Source of the DNA: a virus
Lineage: Duplodnaviria; Heunggongvirae; Uroviricota; Caudoviricetes
Direction: 5' to 3' (one strand)
Virus record (IMG/VR): IMGVR_UViG_2915331061_000005
DNA: 64,000 bases
The position numbers were made by a program, and so were the translations under genes. This document shows, in pieces, positions 7,944 to 16,110 of this stretch. Below the pieces are notes generated by a model. That model ran no database searches, had not been told where the DNA came from, and worked only from the letters and a program-made list of their open reading frames with translations. The stretch's first letter is position 1. Every line of letters begins with the position of its first letter.

Positions 7944-8033
7944 GCTCTCGACCTTTTGCCGTCCTTGTACCGCTAATACAAGGGCGGCAATTTCTTTTGC
8001 GCTGCCAGTGATTACAATTTTCATCTCCTTCAC
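7830..8033 (-). CDS. Small hypothetical protein
   Basis: 67-aa ORF. Shares a duplicated 30-nt leader with 7239..7490. Overlaps the 3' end of 7575..7943. Confidence 0.3.
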   Translation of the reverse strand: MKEMKIVITGSAKEIAALVLAVQGRQKVESLTIGGVSTKAHGNDLIVEHGQNGEVHNGSCGFKPSIP

Positions 8034-8082
8034 CCCCCTTCTGTTGCTCTCGTGTTCGCTAAGTTAACTTTACGAGTTCATT

Positions 8083-8099
8083 ATAGTTTATCAAACTAT
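8083..8099. promoter_or_regulatory. Candidate operator: 7-bp inverted repeat ATAGTTT-ATC-AAACTAT upstream of the repressor promoter
   Basis: Perfect palindrome ~30 bp upstream of the -35 box. Confidence 0.35.
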
Positions 8100-8129
8100 C
8101 ATTGTCAACCCCTTTTTCTTCTTTTTTCG

Positions 8130-8158
8130 TTGACTTAATTAACGCGCCGTGCTATTAT
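8130..8158 (+). promoter_or_regulatory. Sigma-70-type promoter (TTGACT, 17 nt, TATTAT) for the XRE repressor gene
   Basis: Near-consensus boxes with 17-nt spacer, ~27 nt before ATG 8185 and RBS AAGGAGGTG. Confidence 0.55.
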
Positions 8159-8184
8159 TATAGTAAAGGAGGTGAAACAAAGGT

Positions 8185-8667
8185 ATGAAAGATAGAATCC
8201 GGGAGGTTCGAGAGCATTTTGGACTTAGTATGGAGAAGTTTGGTTCCCGCATTGGCATAGGCAAAGCGTCCATTAGTCTTTTGGAAAGCGGTAAGAACAA
8301 TCCATCCGTTCAGACCATTACTCTTATCTGCCGGGAGTTCGGTGTAAACGAACAGTGGCTCCGCACTGGTGAGGGCGAAATGCTTGAGCAGACCCGGGCA
8401 AGCGTGCTGGACAGGCTGTCCACGGAATACGATCTGAGCAGGGAGCAGCGTTCCGTAATTGAAGCGTTCCTTGATCTGGACCCGCAGGAACGGGACGTGA
8501 TTCTGAAGTATGTGCATAACGTTTTTGACCGTTCCGCAGAATCCGCAGCCCAGAGCATAGCAATACCCGATAAGGAAGCCCGGCGCATTGCCGAGAGCGA
8601 CGAGTTCAAAGCCCTTCGGGAAAAGAACGAGCCGCCGGAGAGCGAATCGTGTACTACCGCCGGTTAG
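8185..8667 (+). CDS. XRE-family HTH transcriptional repressor (CI-like)
   Basis: N-terminal HTH_XRE motif (LSMEKFGSRIGIGKASISLLESGKNNPSVQTITLICREFGVNEQWL). Sits next to the integrase at the prophage edge. Confidence 0.8.
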   Translation: MKDRIREVREHFGLSMEKFGSRIGIGKASISLLESGKNNPSVQTITLICREFGVNEQWLRTGEGEMLEQTRASVLDRLSTEYDLSREQRSVIEAFLDLDPQERDVILKYVHNVFDRSAESAAQSIAIPDKEARRIAESDEFKALREKNEPPESESCTTAG

Positions 8668-8723
8668 TTCTTCAACGTGCCGCTTCTGAGTGGCTGAAGA
8701 ATCACCAGTAAATCCGCGCAAAA

Positions 8724-8762
8724 AGAAAAAGCCCACCGGGGGACAGGCCCGGTAGGCTTTTT
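8724..8762. terminator. Bidirectional intrinsic terminator (A-tract, 13-bp stem, T-tract)
   Basis: AAAAAGCCCACCGGGggacagGCCCGGTAGGCTTTTT. Confidence 0.45.
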
Positions 8763-8797
8763 CGTGTATGCAAATTATTTTATGGAGGTATTATCTT

Positions 8798-9265
8798 ATG
8801 AGAAAAATTTCTGTCTTTGCTGTTTCCTGTGCCGCCGTTCTCCTTCTTTCCGCTTGTGGCAGTTCTTCCAGTTCCGTGCCTGCATCTAGCGGCGCTTCGT
8901 CTGCTGTGTCCAGTTCTTCGGAACCGGTTTCTTCCGTTTCCGTTTCATCTTCTGCATCGGTCGATGATGCGTTTTCCGATTTTGAAGCCGCGCTTTCCGA
9001 GAACGGTATTGCTTATACGGAAAAGGTTCGTATGGCTGCTGAACTTATCGGCGGCGTAGACGGTTACAAATACAAAACACCCGATTATAACATTGAGGTG
9101 TATACTTTCGATCCTTCGTCCGACGCTTATCTGACTACCGAAAAGGACGGCACCGTTATCATGGAAGGCTTTGGCTCATTCCCTGCTTATGCTCACAACG
9201 GCATGGTTCTTGTGCAGACCGACAATCTTCCCCAGGAAGTGATTGACCTGTTTGATGCCATGTAA
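8798..9265 (+). CDS. Lipoprotein (signal peptide with lipobox LLSAC, Ser-rich linker)
   Basis: MRKISVFAVSCAAVLLLSACGSSSSS... RBS GGAGG. Confidence 0.6.
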   Translation: MRKISVFAVSCAAVLLLSACGSSSSSVPASSGASSAVSSSSEPVSSVSVSSSASVDDAFSDFEAALSENGIAYTEKVRMAAELIGGVDGYKYKTPDYNIEVYTFDPSSDAYLTTEKDGTVIMEGFGSFPAYAHNGMVLVQTDNLPQEVIDLFDAM

Positions 9266-9301
9266 AGCTCCACATTGTCTTTCTGCAAAGGTGGTGTCCC
9301 T

Positions 9302-10912
9302 ATGAAGAAACAACCAACCGGCGGCAAGCGTCTTGTTGCCTACTACCGCTACAGCGGCGGCAGTCATCAAACGGAGCAGTCCATTGAGGGGCAGCGCCGG
9401 GACTGCGAAACTTACGCCCGTATCCATGGCATGGTCATCCTGCATGAATACATTGACCGGCATATCTCCGGCAAGACGGACGACCGCCCGGAGTTTCAGC
9501 AGATGATCGCCGATGCTGGGAAAGGGATGTTCGACTATGTGATTTGCTGGAAAACAGACCGCATTGCCCGCTCCCGGTATGACAGCATCGTCTATAAAAA
9601 GAAGCTCCGTGACAACGGCGTGGAGCTACTCTATGCCGCAGAAGCCAACGTTGAAGGCTCCGGCGGTATCATCGTGGAGGGCTTGATGGAAGCCCTTGCC
9701 GAATACTACTCTGCCGAACTGGCCGAGAAGGTGCGGCGCGGTATGCGGGAAAGTGCCTTGAAGGGCAAGGCTATCGGCAGTTCCCGTCCCCTTGGTCTTA
9801 CCGTGGACAAGGATAAGAAGTATATCATCGACCCCGCCGGGGCTGCCGCCGTGCGGTATATCTTTGAGCAGTACGCCGCCGGGGCTGCGTCCTCTGCTAT
9901 CGTTGCACACCTGAATGAACAGGGCTTGTGCACCAGCCGGGGCAACCCGTTCAATAAGTCCAGCGTGGTGCGTATCATCCAAAACGAGGTGTATCGGGGC
10001 GTGTATGTCAGCCCCAAGTTTGACGTGCGCATTGAGGGCGCAGTACCGGCCATTATTGACGACGATCTATGGGAGAGGGCGCAGAAGATGTTTATTCGTA
10101 ACCGTCAGAGCCGTTCCCCGCGCAATGACCGCGCGGACTACATCCTGTCCGGCAAGCTGTTTTGTGGCGAGTGCGGCACTGCCATGAAGGGCGTGTCCGG
10201 CCACAGCAGCAACGGCGAGGTGTACTTCTACTACAGCTGTCCGTGCAAGGACTGCCACCGCCGGAACATCCCGAAGGACGAGCTGGAAGGTCTGGTAATC
10301 CGCACCGTCTGTAACGACGTGTTGCAGCCGGACGTGATGGATCGCATTGCAGACAGTGTGATCGAAGCCCAGACCGCCGAACTGAACCAGCCAAACCCGG
10401 AGAAGGAAGCATTGCAGCACGAGCTTGCCGACGTGCAGCGCAAGGCAAAGAATCTGCTGTCTGCATTGGAGAACGGCACCGCCGGGGCTATGCTGACCAA
10501 CCGCCTTGCCGAACTGGAACAGCAGGCCAACACGCTGTCCTATCAGCTGTCGTCGCTGGAATCTGAGCCGAAGTTCCCGGTCTTCTCCAAGGAAGAAGTT
10601 CTGTACCTGCTGGAACAGTTCCTCATTGCCCCCAGCGAGAAAACCAAGGCATACCGCCGCCGCCTAATCGACACCTTTGTCAGCAAGATCGAGGTGAGCA
10701 ACACGGAACTGACCATCTATTTCAACATTGCCGAGGAAGATTGTGGAAAAATGAAAAAAGCTCCCCAGTCGAACCAGCCCGAAGGCTGTTCGACTGAGAA
10801 GCAAATGGTCCACCTTGCACATCAACAAGCGAACTATTCCCTTTATGCGGCTTCCGGCTACTTTTCACTGGTTGAACACCAATTTTCGGCCCGTTTGTGG
10901 CGCACCGCATAA
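9302..10912 (+). CDS. Large serine recombinase (phage integrase)
   Basis: Resolvase catalytic domain (VAYYRYSGG...EGQRRDC), recombinase domain, zinc ribbon (CGECG...CPCKDC) and C-terminal coiled coil. ~65 % identical to 62456..64000. Confidence 0.85.
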   Translation: MKKQPTGGKRLVAYYRYSGGSHQTEQSIEGQRRDCETYARIHGMVILHEYIDRHISGKTDDRPEFQQMIADAGKGMFDYVICWKTDRIARSRYDSIVYKKKLRDNGVELLYAAEANVEGSGGIIVEGLMEALAEYYSAELAEKVRRGMRESALKGKAIGSSRPLGLTVDKDKKYIIDPAGAAAVRYIFEQYAAGAASSAIVAHLNEQGLCTSRGNPFNKSSVVRIIQNEVYRGVYVSPKFDVRIEGAVPAIIDDDLWERAQKMFIRNRQSRSPRNDRADYILSGKLFCGECGTAMKGVSGHSSNGEVYFYYSCPCKDCHRRNIPKDELEGLVIRTVCNDVLQPDVMDRIADSVIEAQTAELNQPNPEKEALQHELADVQRKAKNLLSALENGTAGAMLTNRLAELEQQANTLSYQLSSLESEPKFPVFSKEEVLYLLEQFLIAPSEKTKAYRRRLIDTFVSKIEVSNTELTIYFNIAEEDCGKMKKAPQSNQPEGCSTEKQMVHLAHQQANYSLYAASGYFSLVEHQFSARLWRTA

Positions 10913-10995
10913 TCTGTAATTACTTTGTAATCTTTGTGCAAACAAAAAATGCCCCGCCAGCAATCCGTCAGGATGCCAGCGGGGCATTGCTTTAC

Positions 10996-11313
10996 TTAGT
11001 GGAGATACCTTGCCAATTCAGATGCAACAAAGCCTGCGATCACTGCCGCAATGACTGCCCACCAGAGTTTGTTTCCAAATACTCCGGGGGCTTTTTCCAG
11101 CGCGGTCAAGCGGTCGTCCTGCTTCTTGTTCTGTGCCGTCACAACTTCAAGGCTCCGGTTTGTGGTTTCGAGTTGCTGGATGGTCAACTTGATATTGGTG
11201 TTCATGCCGTTTACTGCATCGGTCAGCTTCCCCAGCTCGTCCAGCCGGTGGGTGTTGCTCTGTGCACGGTTTTCGACCGCTGTCAGGCGATGTTCCAGTT
11301 CCTCGTCAGTCAT
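10996..11313 (-). CDS. XhlA-like protein (coiled coil plus C-terminal TM), lysis accessory
   Basis: MTDEELEHRLTAVENRAQ... coiled coil then WWAVIAAVIAGFVASEL. Start with GGGGGAGAA RBS. Confidence 0.5.
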   Translation of the reverse strand: MTDEELEHRLTAVENRAQSNTHRLDELGKLTDAVNGMNTNIKLTIQQLETTNRSLEVVTAQNKKQDDRLTALEKAPGVFGNKLWWAVIAAVIAGFVASELARYLH

Positions 11314-11701
11314 TACGCTTGTTCTCCCCCACGTTACCGAAATGGGCCACAGTAGTGGTTTCTGCAGATTTCTTTGCCATGTAATCTTCGAGCTTCTTCT
11401 TGGTAAAGTCGAACACAAGTTGCACGATCCAATCCAGCGTCCGCTCATTGATTGCCCAGTCCAGCCAGTCCGGGGTGTACCCACGCAGTACGGCAATGAC
11501 ATGGGCTTTCTTTTCTGCACCCGCGCCACTGCCGAACTTTTCCTCTGCGTTGACGATCCACTTGTACACAGTCTTTGCGACCACAAGGCCGTAGCCCAGA
11601 CGTACCGCCGCCAGCGCCGTGACCACAAGGCCGACCATCATGAAGATACAGGCCAGCCATTCAGGGAATGCCATCAGAAAAACTTTCAGAATGTTCTCCA
11701 T
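11306..11701 (-). CDS. Holin (LL-H/Dp-1 family-like)
   Basis: N-terminal TM helices then NAEEKFGSGAGAEKKAHV motif typical of LL-H holins. Confidence 0.55.
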   Translation of the reverse strand: MENILKVFLMAFPEWLACIFMMVGLVVTALAAVRLGYGLVVAKTVYKWIVNAEEKFGSGAGAEKKAHVIAVLRGYTPDWLDWAINERTLDWIVQLVFDFTKKKLEDYMAKKSAETTTVAHFGNVGENKRND

Positions 11702-11719
11702 TTTGTTTTCCTCCTACTC

Positions 11720-12133
11720 TTAACCCACCCAACGGCTCTTTACCGCACGGGTGTCGATGTGTACCCAGCCAGCAGGACGACCAGTTTTTACCGGGTAACG
11801 TCCGATGCCGCCGGTGTTTTTCAGCAGCGTTTCGGCGTAGGTCGCGAGCGTTTCCACGTCCACGCCCTGAATCCGAATATCTGCCGCCATACCGTAGCAA
11901 TGCTGACTGTACGTTGCGCCCTTGACCGCCTTGTTATGGGCGGCAGTGCGATATGCGCTGGTGATCGTAACAGCCTTTCCAAAGTGATTCCGGATGTTCT
12001 GCAACAGTTTCACCAACACATCATCAATAAAGATGGGGTCAGTCCCATCCTTGCAGCGAAACTCTTTCACGGCAAAATTTGCGGACAGTTTCTTGTTACC
12101 ATCCTTTGCCAGTGAATAGGCTTTAATCGCCAT
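11720..12133 (-). CDS. Endolysin, peptidase M15 (VanY/D-Ala-D-Ala carboxypeptidase-like)
   Basis: TSAYRTAAHNKAV...SQHCYGMAADI zinc-binding motifs of Peptidase_M15. Confidence 0.75.
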   Translation of the reverse strand: MAIKAYSLAKDGNKKLSANFAVKEFRCKDGTDPIFIDDVLVKLLQNIRNHFGKAVTITSAYRTAAHNKAVKGATYSQHCYGMAADIRIQGVDVETLATYAETLLKNTGGIGRYPVKTGRPAGWVHIDTRAVKSRWVG

Positions 12134-12285
12134 TGTCGTTTTCTCCTTTCTGGCTCAATGCCATTTTGCAGCCGCTCGACCCGCACTCAGCCACCAGCAC
12201 GGCAAATTCGCCGCGCTCTGCGGTCGTGTCCGCACCACTGGTTTCCAGCCGGGTCAGCAGGCTTTCGCACAGATCGGGCCAGCTT

Positions 12286-12453
12286 TTATGCTGCATAGTC
12301 TTCGCCCGTGATGTCCTTGTAGTCGTCTGCGGTGATCTCGCCCTTGTTTATGCGCTCGGCCAGAACTTTCTTGACACCGGCGCGGCGGGATGCGGGCATC
12401 TCTGCCCAAGTCTTAGTGCCTGCAATCAGGCGGTTTGCCCAGATAATGTTCAT
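12286..12453 (-). CDS. XkdX-like small phage protein
   Basis: 55-aa ORF MNIIWANRLIAGTKTWAEMPASRRAGVKKVLAERINKGEITADDYKDITGEDYAA. The ITxxxYxxITGE motif resembles PBSX XkdX. RBS GGAGGT. Confidence 0.4.
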   Translation of the reverse strand: MNIIWANRLIAGTKTWAEMPASRRAGVKKVLAERINKGEITADDYKDITGEDYAA

Positions 12454-12465
12454 GGTGATACCTCC

Positions 12466-12669
12466 TTATTCCTTGTTCAGCGCTGCGTCCAGCTCACACA
12501 GCGCGGTTTCGATGTCGGTCAAGCGCTTCTCGTTGGCCGCGTCCTGTTCGCACAGGGCATCTTCCATTTCAGCCACACGGTCGGGCAACTGTTCGTGCTC
12601 CTGCTGCTTCTTGGCTGCGGCTTCCTTCTCCTGCCGGGTGGGCAGATTGTCCTTTTTCCACTGAATCAT
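12466..12669 (-). CDS. Small coiled-coil hypothetical
   Basis: 67-aa ORF with heptad-like repeats. Confidence 0.35.
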   Translation of the reverse strand: MIQWKKDNLPTRQEKEAAAKKQQEHEQLPDRVAEMEDALCEQDAANEKRLTDIETALCELDAALNKE

Positions 12670-12683
12670 GGTGACTGTCCTCC

Positions 12684-13943
12684 TTACTGGAATGCGCCGG
12701 AAACGGCCTCGATATAGCCGCCGGTGCCGGATTCGCCGCGCTCCACGCTGACGCGGAAGTTAAACGCCGCGCCGTTGGTGGCGGTCTTATTCTCAAAGAC
12801 GATGTTCACGCCTTTTTTTGCCTCGGTCGTGGCATCCTGCCAGACCGGGGAGCTGTCGAGTGCGTTGTTGGTCACTTCGGCTTTGAACTTCGCATCATCG
12901 GGGATGGAGCCGGTCACCTGAAGCACGGCAACGGTAATGTCGCCCTCAACGGCCAACGGTTCAGCCAGCGTCACGCTTGCGGCGTGGACGGCCTTGGTAA
13001 AGGTCGCGGACGTGCTGACGGTTTCCTTGCCGTCGCTCACCTCAACGGTGATGGTGTGGTTGCCGTTCAGGATTTTCTGGAATCCGGCAGCGCTGGCCGT
13101 CTGCTCAAAGGTCAGGGCCGTGCCGCTGGCAACGCCGGTGCGGATCTTGGTGGTCTTGCCGTCCAGCTTTTCGGTGACGGTCAAGGTGTCGCCGTCGGCA
13201 TCCCTGACGGTGTACTTCCACGCAAAGGCCGCGTTCTTCCGCCCCAGAGCTGCGTCGTCCGTGCTGACGGTAGGTGCAGTGTTGACACTGACCGTGCCAT
13301 CGTCAGAGACCACGAGTGTAGAGGGAAGAATGAAAGCGGGGCGAACACCATAGGAGTCGTTGTACCAGTCGTAGCTGCTGGAGCCATCGGTGTTGACGCT
13401 CCAGACGTTGTAGTTATTGCCGGTGTACGGAGAGCGCAGCCACCAAATGGCAGCGGAGCTGCCATTGTATGCAATACGCTTGCTGTTACCGCTGGAGCTG
13501 TTGCCAAAGTATGCCAGCCTCACACCGTCCTTCGGGAAATAGCCGTTGTCGCTGGTCGTCCAACCAACCTCATAACCAGACAGCAGGAACACTTTGGTGC
13601 TCAGGCCGTTGGAGCCGGTGGCAAGGCTGCCGCCGGAACCAGTGCCGTTCTGGTACGGGATTTTCACCTGCTTAATAGCCGCCCGGATGTTGCTGTCGAT
13701 GAGGTTGTAGAACGTTCCGTTCAGGTATGTGTGGATGCTGGAATCCTTGTAGGAGTTATTGCTGCCGAACGTGGACGTGGTGTAGATGTCCTTCATCAGC
13801 AGCCACGTTCCATTGCAACTCGAATCATAGGTGCTGGTGTTCGGGTTGCCCTGCTGCACAACAATAAAATCTTTGGACGCGCCGTTGACTTTGATTTTGA
13901 CAATGCTGCCAACGGCTTTCGTGCCCAGTTTTACGTTTGCCAT
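12684..13943 (-). CDS. Tail fibre / receptor-binding protein, DGR target 1 (VR1 encodes residues ~163-203, including YGVRPAF)
   Basis: Start MANVKLGTK with GGAGGT RBS. Contains VR1 with A-to-N mismatches against the TR. C-terminal Ig-like region. Confidence 0.7.
   Translation of the reverse strand: MANVKLGTKAVGSIVKIKVNGASKDFIVVQQGNPNTSTYDSSCNGTWLLMKDIYTTSTFGSNNSYKDSSIHTYLNGTFYNLIDSNIRAAIKQVKIPYQNGTGSGGSLATGSNGLSTKVFLLSGYEVGWTTSDNGYFPKDGVRLAYFGNSSSGNSKRIAYNGSSAAIWWLRSPYTGNNYNVWSVNTDGSSSYDWYNDSYGVRPAFILPSTLVVSDDGTVSVNTAPTVSTDDAALGRKNAAFAWKYTVRDADGDTLTVTEKLDGKTTKIRTGVASGTALTFEQTASAAGFQKILNGNHTITVEVSDGKETVSTSATFTKAVHAASVTLAEPLAVEGDITVAVLQVTGSIPDDAKFKAEVTNNALDSSPVWQDATTEAKKGVNIVFENKTATNGAAFNFRVSVERGESGTGGYIEAVSGAFQ
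13335..13455 (-). repeat. DGR variable repeat VR1
   Basis: 121 nt, ungapped alignment to TR 15364..15484 with 10 mismatches, all at TR adenines (minus strand). Confidence 0.8.
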
Positions 13944-13963
13944 TGTTACCTCCTTGTTTTCGT

Positions 13964-15193
13964 TCAGGCCCACGGCATGATCTCCGCGGGCCGCGTGTTC
14001 TGCGATACAGAGAGGGACAGGGCTTTGTGCTGCTTCTTGTAGATGCAGCGGCATTGCCTCGCCCGCCGTCTGTCACGCGCGAGTTTGTTCGAGTTGATTT
14101 TTCGATGGATAGGGATTTTACAGTCAAGCAATTTTTCGAGCCGGTCAGCGTACTTGCGGCGTAAAGAGTAAGTATCACCATGGGCGGCATGGGCATCCCA
14201 CGCATCAAAGCTCCGCAGGATTTCCTGCTTGGTCACTTCGCCTGCGGGGTATGCCGTCTCCCAATATCTGATCTTGTTCTTCATCCGCTTGGAGCTATCC
14301 CGGCGCAGCTTTTGGATGACCGCGCCGGTGTCGGTCAGGTAGCTATGGAATCCAAGAAAATCAATACCGTTCCGCAGCGGGAAAATGGCGGTTTTCTGGT
14401 TCAGCTCAAGGCCGTAACTGTCCATGAGCTCCCGAACATCCCGGAGAATGCACTGCAATTTCTTCTTGTCCGAACAGATGATATAGAAATCATCCATGTA
14501 TCGGCCATAGTATTTGATGCGGTACTTCTCTTTGATGATGTGGTCGAACTCATCCAAAAACATCAGCGCAAAGAGCTGGCTCGTCTGGTAGCCCAGCGGC
14601 AAGCCGTCCTCCATCACGTCGATGTAGATGCAAAGCAGCTCATAGACACGCGGGTCAACGCCGCGCTTGTCCAGCACGGCCTTGAGTTTGCGTTTTAACT
14701 TCCGGTGGTCGATGCTGGCAAAGAAATGCCGCACATCGCCTTTCAGCACCCAGCCGTCCGCGCCGTGGCCCTCACGGCGGTAATAGTCCACCATGTGAGT
14801 TTTCAGGCGCATCAGGCCGTCGTCTGTGCCTTTGCCGGTCTGGCTTGCGTGGCTGTCCCGGATAAAGCTCTTTGTCAGAGCATCATACAGGATGTTATCG
14901 ACCAGCGCGTGTAGCACCACCTTGTCCACAAATGCGGGGGCGTGTACCATGCGGCGCTTCGGCTCATAGACGGCAAAGACCTCAAACTTACTTGGCACAT
15001 AGCATATCTGCTGCCGGATGTCGCCGCCCGGCTGGCGTACATCACGCACAGCCAGCTTGCGGGACAGCTTTTCCGTGCAGGCCAGCGCCTGCGCCTCGTA
15101 CTCGATTGTTTTGCTTTTACTGCGCTTTCCCTTCCGGGCTTCAAGGTAGGCTTTGTAAAGCACCTCAAAGCTGCACAGTTCTTCGTATGTCAA
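13964..15193 (-). CDS. DGR reverse transcriptase
   Basis: LPLGYQTSQLFAL (DGR-specific [I/L]GxxxSQ motif 4) and YMDDF catalytic motif. 409 aa, adjacent to TR. Confidence 0.8.
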   Translation of the reverse strand: MTYEELCSFEVLYKAYLEARKGKRSKSKTIEYEAQALACTEKLSRKLAVRDVRQPGGDIRQQICYVPSKFEVFAVYEPKRRMVHAPAFVDKVVLHALVDNILYDALTKSFIRDSHASQTGKGTDDGLMRLKTHMVDYYRREGHGADGWVLKGDVRHFFASIDHRKLKRKLKAVLDKRGVDPRVYELLCIYIDVMEDGLPLGYQTSQLFALMFLDEFDHIIKEKYRIKYYGRYMDDFYIICSDKKKLQCILRDVRELMDSYGLELNQKTAIFPLRNGIDFLGFHSYLTDTGAVIQKLRRDSSKRMKNKIRYWETAYPAGEVTKQEILRSFDAWDAHAAHGDTYSLRRKYADRLEKLLDCKIPIHRKINSNKLARDRRRARQCRCIYKKQHKALSLSVSQNTRPAEIMPWA

Positions 15194-15363
15194 AATGACC
15201 CTCCGCTGGTTCGCGTTGCGGTAGTGGGCTGCATCCGGCAGGGATGGCCCACCTCAGCGGGATGTATTTATCACTTGCCTGCATCGGCAAGCGACAGGAT
15301 GCGGTTTCCTTTGATGGGCGCACTGCTTTCAGCTTATGCCTACTCGTCACACGGTTCCATCAG

Positions 15364-15484
15364 AGCGGGGCGAACACCATAGGAGTTGTTGTACCAGTTG
15401 TTGTTGTTGGAGCCATCGGTGTTGACGTTCCAGACGTTGTTGTTATTGTTGGTGTTCGGAGAGCGCAGCCACCAAATGGCAGCG
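15364..15484 (-). repeat. DGR template repeat TR (AAC-codon-rich)
   Basis: Minus strand is rich in AAC (plus strand gttgttgttgtt). Matches VR1 and VR2 except at A positions. Lies 170 nt upstream of the RT. Confidence 0.8.
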
Positions 15485-15534
15485 TCAGACAAACAAACCG
15501 CACCCTTTATGCAAAGCGGTTGCCCGCTGTGCGT

Positions 15535-16110
15535 TTACGGTTCCGGGTAAAGGACGGCTTTCAGGGCGGCAGCCTGTTCGGTCAGCCGTTTCCGTTCCGC
15601 TTCTGCCCGGAGTTTTTCGGCACGTCCGCGTTCCGACGTGAGCCACTTCATCGCCGGGTATTTTACGTCCGTGACCTTCTTTGTCCAGATACCGGCTTTC
15701 TTCGCACTGATGATACCTTCCTCCGTGCAGATGGCCAGGTATTCCAGCAGTAGAGAGCAACCGTCCACGACCGCGCCGATCTTCTCAACGCGCCTGTCGT
15801 AGTCGGTCTGGAAATTCACGTTGTTCGCCGCGTGTGCATCCAGCAGGATTTGCCGGGCGGTCAGCCGGATGCCCTCGCCGTACAGCCGGAAAGTGCTTTT
15901 GGAAAAGCCCTCCCTGTCCCGCGTGTCGAGTGCATGGACGGCAGTGCCACACACCTTCTGGATGTCGCGCACATCTTCGAGCGCTGCGACTTTCTGGATG
16001 ATCTTCCGGGCATCGCTCCGGCTGATGTCATCGGTGACGATGCGGGTTGCCCTCTGAGTGTAGCGCAACAGCTCCCGCGCATTCGCGCCGACCTTGAATG
16101 TTTCAGCCAT
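15535..16110 (-). CDS. Putative DGR accessory protein (Avd-like by position; helical, basic)
   Basis: Sits immediately upstream of the TR in the avd position. 191 aa, longer than the canonical ~130-aa Avd. Assigned by position only. Confidence 0.3.
   Translation of the reverse strand: MAETFKVGANARELLRYTQRATRIVTDDISRSDARKIIQKVAALEDVRDIQKVCGTAVHALDTRDREGFSKSTFRLYGEGIRLTARQILLDAHAANNVNFQTDYDRRVEKIGAVVDGCSLLLEYLAICTEEGIISAKKAGIWTKKVTDVKYPAMKWLTSERGRAEKLRAEAERKRLTEQAAALKAVLYPEP

Larger units (their letters stand above)
1..8060. mobile_element. Right-hand end of an upstream prophage (prophage 0), homologous to 53163..61700 of prophage 1
   Basis: Gene-by-gene synteny and ~80 % nucleotide similarity with the 53163..61700 block (small MAKFSIMLFG protein, 3D protein, permuted MTase, tRNA-like element, Cys-rich protein, Zn-ribbon and KHYGYKPEE proteins). 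It is followed by a new XRE plus recombinase pair. Confidence 0.5.

Noticed and set aside
8716-8740. Shared 17-mer GCAAAAAGAAAAAGCCC (also 62296..62321) as an att core
   Set aside because: It sits within the stem of the repressor-gene terminators in both prophages. Its flanks differ, so it is more parsimoniously a conserved terminator than an attachment site. Att sites remain unresolved.
12984-14042. Long plus-strand ORFs (also 15244..15753, 17024..17923, 18138..19136, 27824..29962, 33350..34987, 34629..35822, 52018..53157 and others)
   Set aside because: They are antisense to well-supported minus-strand phage genes, have low-complexity Val/Ala/Gly-rich translations and lack RBSs. They are shadow ORFs of a GC-rich sequence.
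13964-15193. Group II intron maturase/RT or retron RT
   Set aside because: Motif 4 reads LGYQTSQ (the DGR-type SQ in place of the group II QGxxxSP). No intron domain V/VI structures flank it. An AAC-rich template repeat with A-specific mismatches to two VRs is present.
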